Below are positions 61,366-64,000 of a stretch of DNA of 64,000 bases, one piece after another. The position numbers were made by a program, and so were the translations under genes. Positions within the stretch are counted from its first letter, which is position 1; every line of letters begins with the position of its first letter. Where the stretch lies: assembly GCA_046583355.1 (NCBI GenBank), contig JAYGCM010000063.1, positions 1 through 64,000 of the forward strand, in the 5' to 3' direction. The notes under the pieces were generated by a model that did not search any database, had not been told where the DNA came from, and saw only the letters and a program-made list of their open reading frames with translations. This DNA comes from Deltaproteobacteria bacterium (GTDB taxonomy: Bacteria; Desulfobacterota; Binatia; UBA12015).

Positions 61366-62484
61366 ATGGATCTCGAATTCACAGAAGAGCAGCAACTCCT
61401 GCAGGATATGGCCGGCAACCTCCTCGCCGAGGAGTCATCCGTCGCCAGCGTCCGCGAAATGGAAGACGACCCGCGCGGGTTCACCGACTCGCTTTGGCAG
61501 AAAATGAGCGAGCTCGGCCTGGCCGGCCTCACCATTTCCGAGGAGCACGGCGGCGGCGGCATGACGCTGCTTGAGGCCGCGATGCTCTACGAAAAATTCG
61601 GCTACCACATGACCCCTTCGCCGCATTTCAACAGCTGCATCATGAGTGCTGGCGCGATCGCCGCGGCCGGCAGCGAGGCGCAGAAGGCCGAATGGCTGCC
61701 CAGGATCGCCAGCGGCGCGGCGATCGTCACGCCGGCCTGGATCGAGCCCGACCGCGGCTACGGCGAAGTCGGCGTCCGCATGCCGGCTGTCGCCGACGGT
61801 GAGGACTTCGTTCTCAATGGCGAGAAGCGCCACGTTGGTTATGCCAGCGCGGCCGACGCCTTCATGGTGCTCGCCTATACCGACGCCGGCGTTGACCTCT
61901 TCCTGGTGGACGCGAAATCGCCCGGCATCTCCATGAAGCATGTACTTGCCCAGGGCCGCGACCCGCAATATTTCGTCACCTTCAAAGACGTCCGCGTCCC
62001 GGCCGCGAGCCGAGTCGGTGCCGCCGGCTCCGGCTGGCAGACCTGGCATAAAACCATGCTCGACGGAATCGTGCTGCAGGCCGCTTTGGCGATCGGCGGG
62101 GCGACCAAGGCATTGGAGATCACGGTGGAATACGCCAAGATCCGCGAGCAATTCGACAAGCCTCTGGGCGCCTTCCAGGCTCTCGCCCATTATATGGCCG
62201 ATTGCTCGACCACCATCGCAGGCGGTCGCGTGCTGGTTCAGGAAGCGGCGTGGAACGCTTCGGTAGGCCGCAGTACCGAGCGCTTCGGCCCGATGGCCAA
62301 GCTCTTCTGTGCCGAGACCTACCGCGAGACCACGCGCCAATGCGAGCAGATCTGGGGCGGCGTCGGCTTCACCATCGAATACGATATTCAGATGTACTTC
62401 CGCCGCGCCAAGCAGCTCCAGCTCTCCTGGTGGGATCCACCCTACCTCGAAGAGTTGATTGCCGCCGACGTACTCGACGGCTGA
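61366..62484 (+). CDS. Acyl-CoA dehydrogenase, beta-type subunit
   Basis: MDLEFTEEQ, REQFDKPLGAFQALAH, GGVGFTIE. Confidence 0.9.
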   Translation: MDLEFTEEQQLLQDMAGNLLAEESSVASVREMEDDPRGFTDSLWQKMSELGLAGLTISEEHGGGGMTLLEAAMLYEKFGYHMTPSPHFNSCIMSAGAIAAAGSEAQKAEWLPRIASGAAIVTPAWIEPDRGYGEVGVRMPAVADGEDFVLNGEKRHVGYASAADAFMVLAYTDAGVDLFLVDAKSPGISMKHVLAQGRDPQYFVTFKDVRVPAASRVGAAGSGWQTWHKTMLDGIVLQAALAIGGATKALEITVEYAKIREQFDKPLGAFQALAHYMADCSTTIAGGRVLVQEAAWNASVGRSTERFGPMAKLFCAETYRETTRQCEQIWGGVGFTIEYDIQMYFRRAKQLQLSWWDPPYLEELIAADVLDG

Positions 62485-62560
62485 ATTCGGTGCCTGCGGG
62501 CACCTGATTTCGCGCGACGGCTTGCCCAGAGGGGTGGCGCTGCGCGGAGCGAGGGAAACC

Positions 62561-63232
62561 ATGAAACCCTGGATTCAACTGGCCGAGGCGATGGCGCCGG
62601 ATGGCCAAGCGCTCGTTCTCAAGCAACGTGGTCACGAATTCTCGATCTACGCCGGCGGCCGCGACCTCATGTCGAACGAGGACGAAGGGTCCTCGCGGGC
62701 ACTTGCCTCGCTTGGCTGCGCGCATATCAAGACCGGGAAAAAGACACGCGTGCTCGTCGGTGGCCTGGGCATGGGCTACACCCTGCGCGCGGCGCTCGAC
62801 GCCACAGGCCCCAACACCAGCATCGAAGTCGCGGAATTCGTTGCCGCCGTCGCTACCTGGAATACCGAATTCCTTGGGGAACTCGCAGGCCACCCCCTGC
62901 AGGATCCACGCTGCGAGCTCTATATCGGAGATGTCCGCCGACGGATCGTGACCGAGGCCGCGACTTGGGATGCGATCCTCCTCGACGTCGACAACGGCCC
63001 GAGCGCTCATGCCCATGCAGCCAATTCCGCACTTTATAGCGATCGCGGTGTCGACCAGGCCTGGCAGGCTCTGAAGCCCGGCGGTGTCCTCGGTGTCTGG
63101 TCGTTCTCGGACGATACCCGCTTCACCCGCCGGCTGGAAAAACGCGGTTTCACGGTCGAGGTAAACCCGGTGCCAGGCTCGCGCAAAGGCCGCGGCAAAC
63201 ACCACGTAATCTGGACGGCCAGCCGCCGCTGA
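62561..63232 (+). CDS. Spermidine-synthase-like SAM-dependent methyltransferase
   Basis: VLVGGLGMGYT, DAILLDVDNGP, LKPGGVLGVWS. Confidence 0.85.
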   Translation: MKPWIQLAEAMAPDGQALVLKQRGHEFSIYAGGRDLMSNEDEGSSRALASLGCAHIKTGKKTRVLVGGLGMGYTLRAALDATGPNTSIEVAEFVAAVATWNTEFLGELAGHPLQDPRCELYIGDVRRRIVTEAATWDAILLDVDNGPSAHAHAANSALYSDRGVDQAWQALKPGGVLGVWSFSDDTRFTRRLEKRGFTVEVNPVPGSRKGRGKHHVIWTASRR

Positions 63233-63298
63233 GCCTTCCACGCTGCGGGAGCTCCCGCCCGGCAATGCGCGCCGCCCGGAGCTGCCGGCTTGCCGGGT

Positions 63299-63745
63299 TC
63301 AGCTTTCGCTTTCGCTGATGCTGAAGGGGTAGCGGACCTCGAGGTCGAGGATCGCGCGGCCGCGGTCGTCGTGGGTGGCCTGTACCAGGAAGCGGACGAC
63401 AGCCGGATCGAGGTGAACCGGCCAATCGATATCGGAGCGCAGTAGCAGCAGACGGAGCATCGTATCGGTGGCGCCTTCGAGCCCACTACGGTCAACCAGG
63501 TAATGATCGCCGACGAAATCCGGGCCGATATCCGTGAACTGAATAAAGGGGCGGCCATCGGCCAACCTGCCCTGGGGATTTCCCTCTCCCGCCAGACTCT
63601 CGAAAAACCGGAAGAGCGCGAGATCTCCCGACTCCTCCCACTCCATCGAGCTATCGGGCGTGAAATACTCGCCGGGGATGTGGGTAGAAGCCGCAGGAGA
63701 TTCCACCGGCGTACTGACGATTGCTTCCGCATTCGGTAATTTCAT
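63299..63745 (-). CDS. Hypothetical protein
   Basis: Acidic, globular-looking ORF MKLPNAE...LEVRYPF; start uncertain. Confidence 0.5.
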   Translation of the reverse strand: MKLPNAEAIVSTPVESPAASTHIPGEYFTPDSSMEWEESGDLALFRFFESLAGEGNPQGRLADGRPFIQFTDIGPDFVGDHYLVDRSGLEGATDTMLRLLLLRSDIDWPVHLDPAVVRFLVQATHDDRGRAILDLEVRYPFSISESES

Positions 63746-64000
63746 ACCTGCTTGCCGTTGCAATCCAGAGGCCGAAGCAAAGCCCCCAACTTGCTGGCCC
63801 ACAGGCGCAACACCACGCTTCGCCCGCAACATCGCGTTTCCCCGTGCAGCAAATCGTTGCACCGAAGCCGCCGCCAAGCGCCCCATGGACGCTTGACCGG
63901 GTCCGCCAGAGTCCGGCGTGCGCCACGGCCGCCCCGGTCGGGCGGACGCCACGGCTCAGTCGGGCGGACTGCGCCGCTCGGCCTTTTTCCGGCCTTGGCG

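Noticed and set aside
63759..63776. GG-N10-GC sigma-54 promoter-like sequence on the minus strand
   Set aside because: Poor match to TGGCAC and too close to the presumed start codon.
63956..64000. Possible 3' end of a minus-strand gene entering from outside the window
   Set aside because: Only 15 codons are visible, too few to support a call.

Overview
GC-rich bacterial chromosome segment, almost fully coding. A TonB receptor, a porin and lipoprotein signal peptides point to a diderm; the gene mix suggests a deltaproteobacteria-like lineage such as Ca. Binatia, which is inference only. Layout: (1) 1-19.5 kb is a steroid/lipid-type catabolic island with two Rieske oxygenases, split and fused acyl-CoA dehydrogenases, a CoA ligase, enoyl-CoA hydratases, an F420-type LLM, an AbfD/HpaB-like flavoprotein, an EBP/EXPERA protein, a TonB receptor and an MFS. 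(2) 20.4-21.9 kb holds back-to-back TetR and DUF3604 remnants. (3) 21.9-27.6 kb encodes hydrolases and an aldo/keto reductase. (4) 27.7-31.9 kb is fur, a Fur box, and a porin / FMN-binding protein / His-rich membrane protein / ApbE flavinylation operon. (5) 32-43.5 kb has USP, a PhaR-like gene, a sensor-less sigma-54 activator, a MITE, an LLM, IcmA, coaE and asnS. (6) 43.7-49.6 kb is an ISC operon with the Rrf2 gene at the 3' end. (7) 49.6-52.9 kb is H-NOX plus a stand-alone HNOBA gene converging on a PAS kinase/FixJ-like pair. (8) 52.9-57.8 kb is a nucleoside-type ABC transporter coupled to a tRNA nucleotidyltransferase. (9) 58-62.5 kb is an igr-like side-chain operon. No rRNA, tRNA or CRISPR array was seen. 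The best novelty candidates are the flavinylation/iron module, the output-less H-NOX/HNOBA pair with a phased TAGG-N8-CCTA motif, and the EBP plus KshA/Neverland-like sterol island. All calls come from motifs read by eye; no database searches were run.
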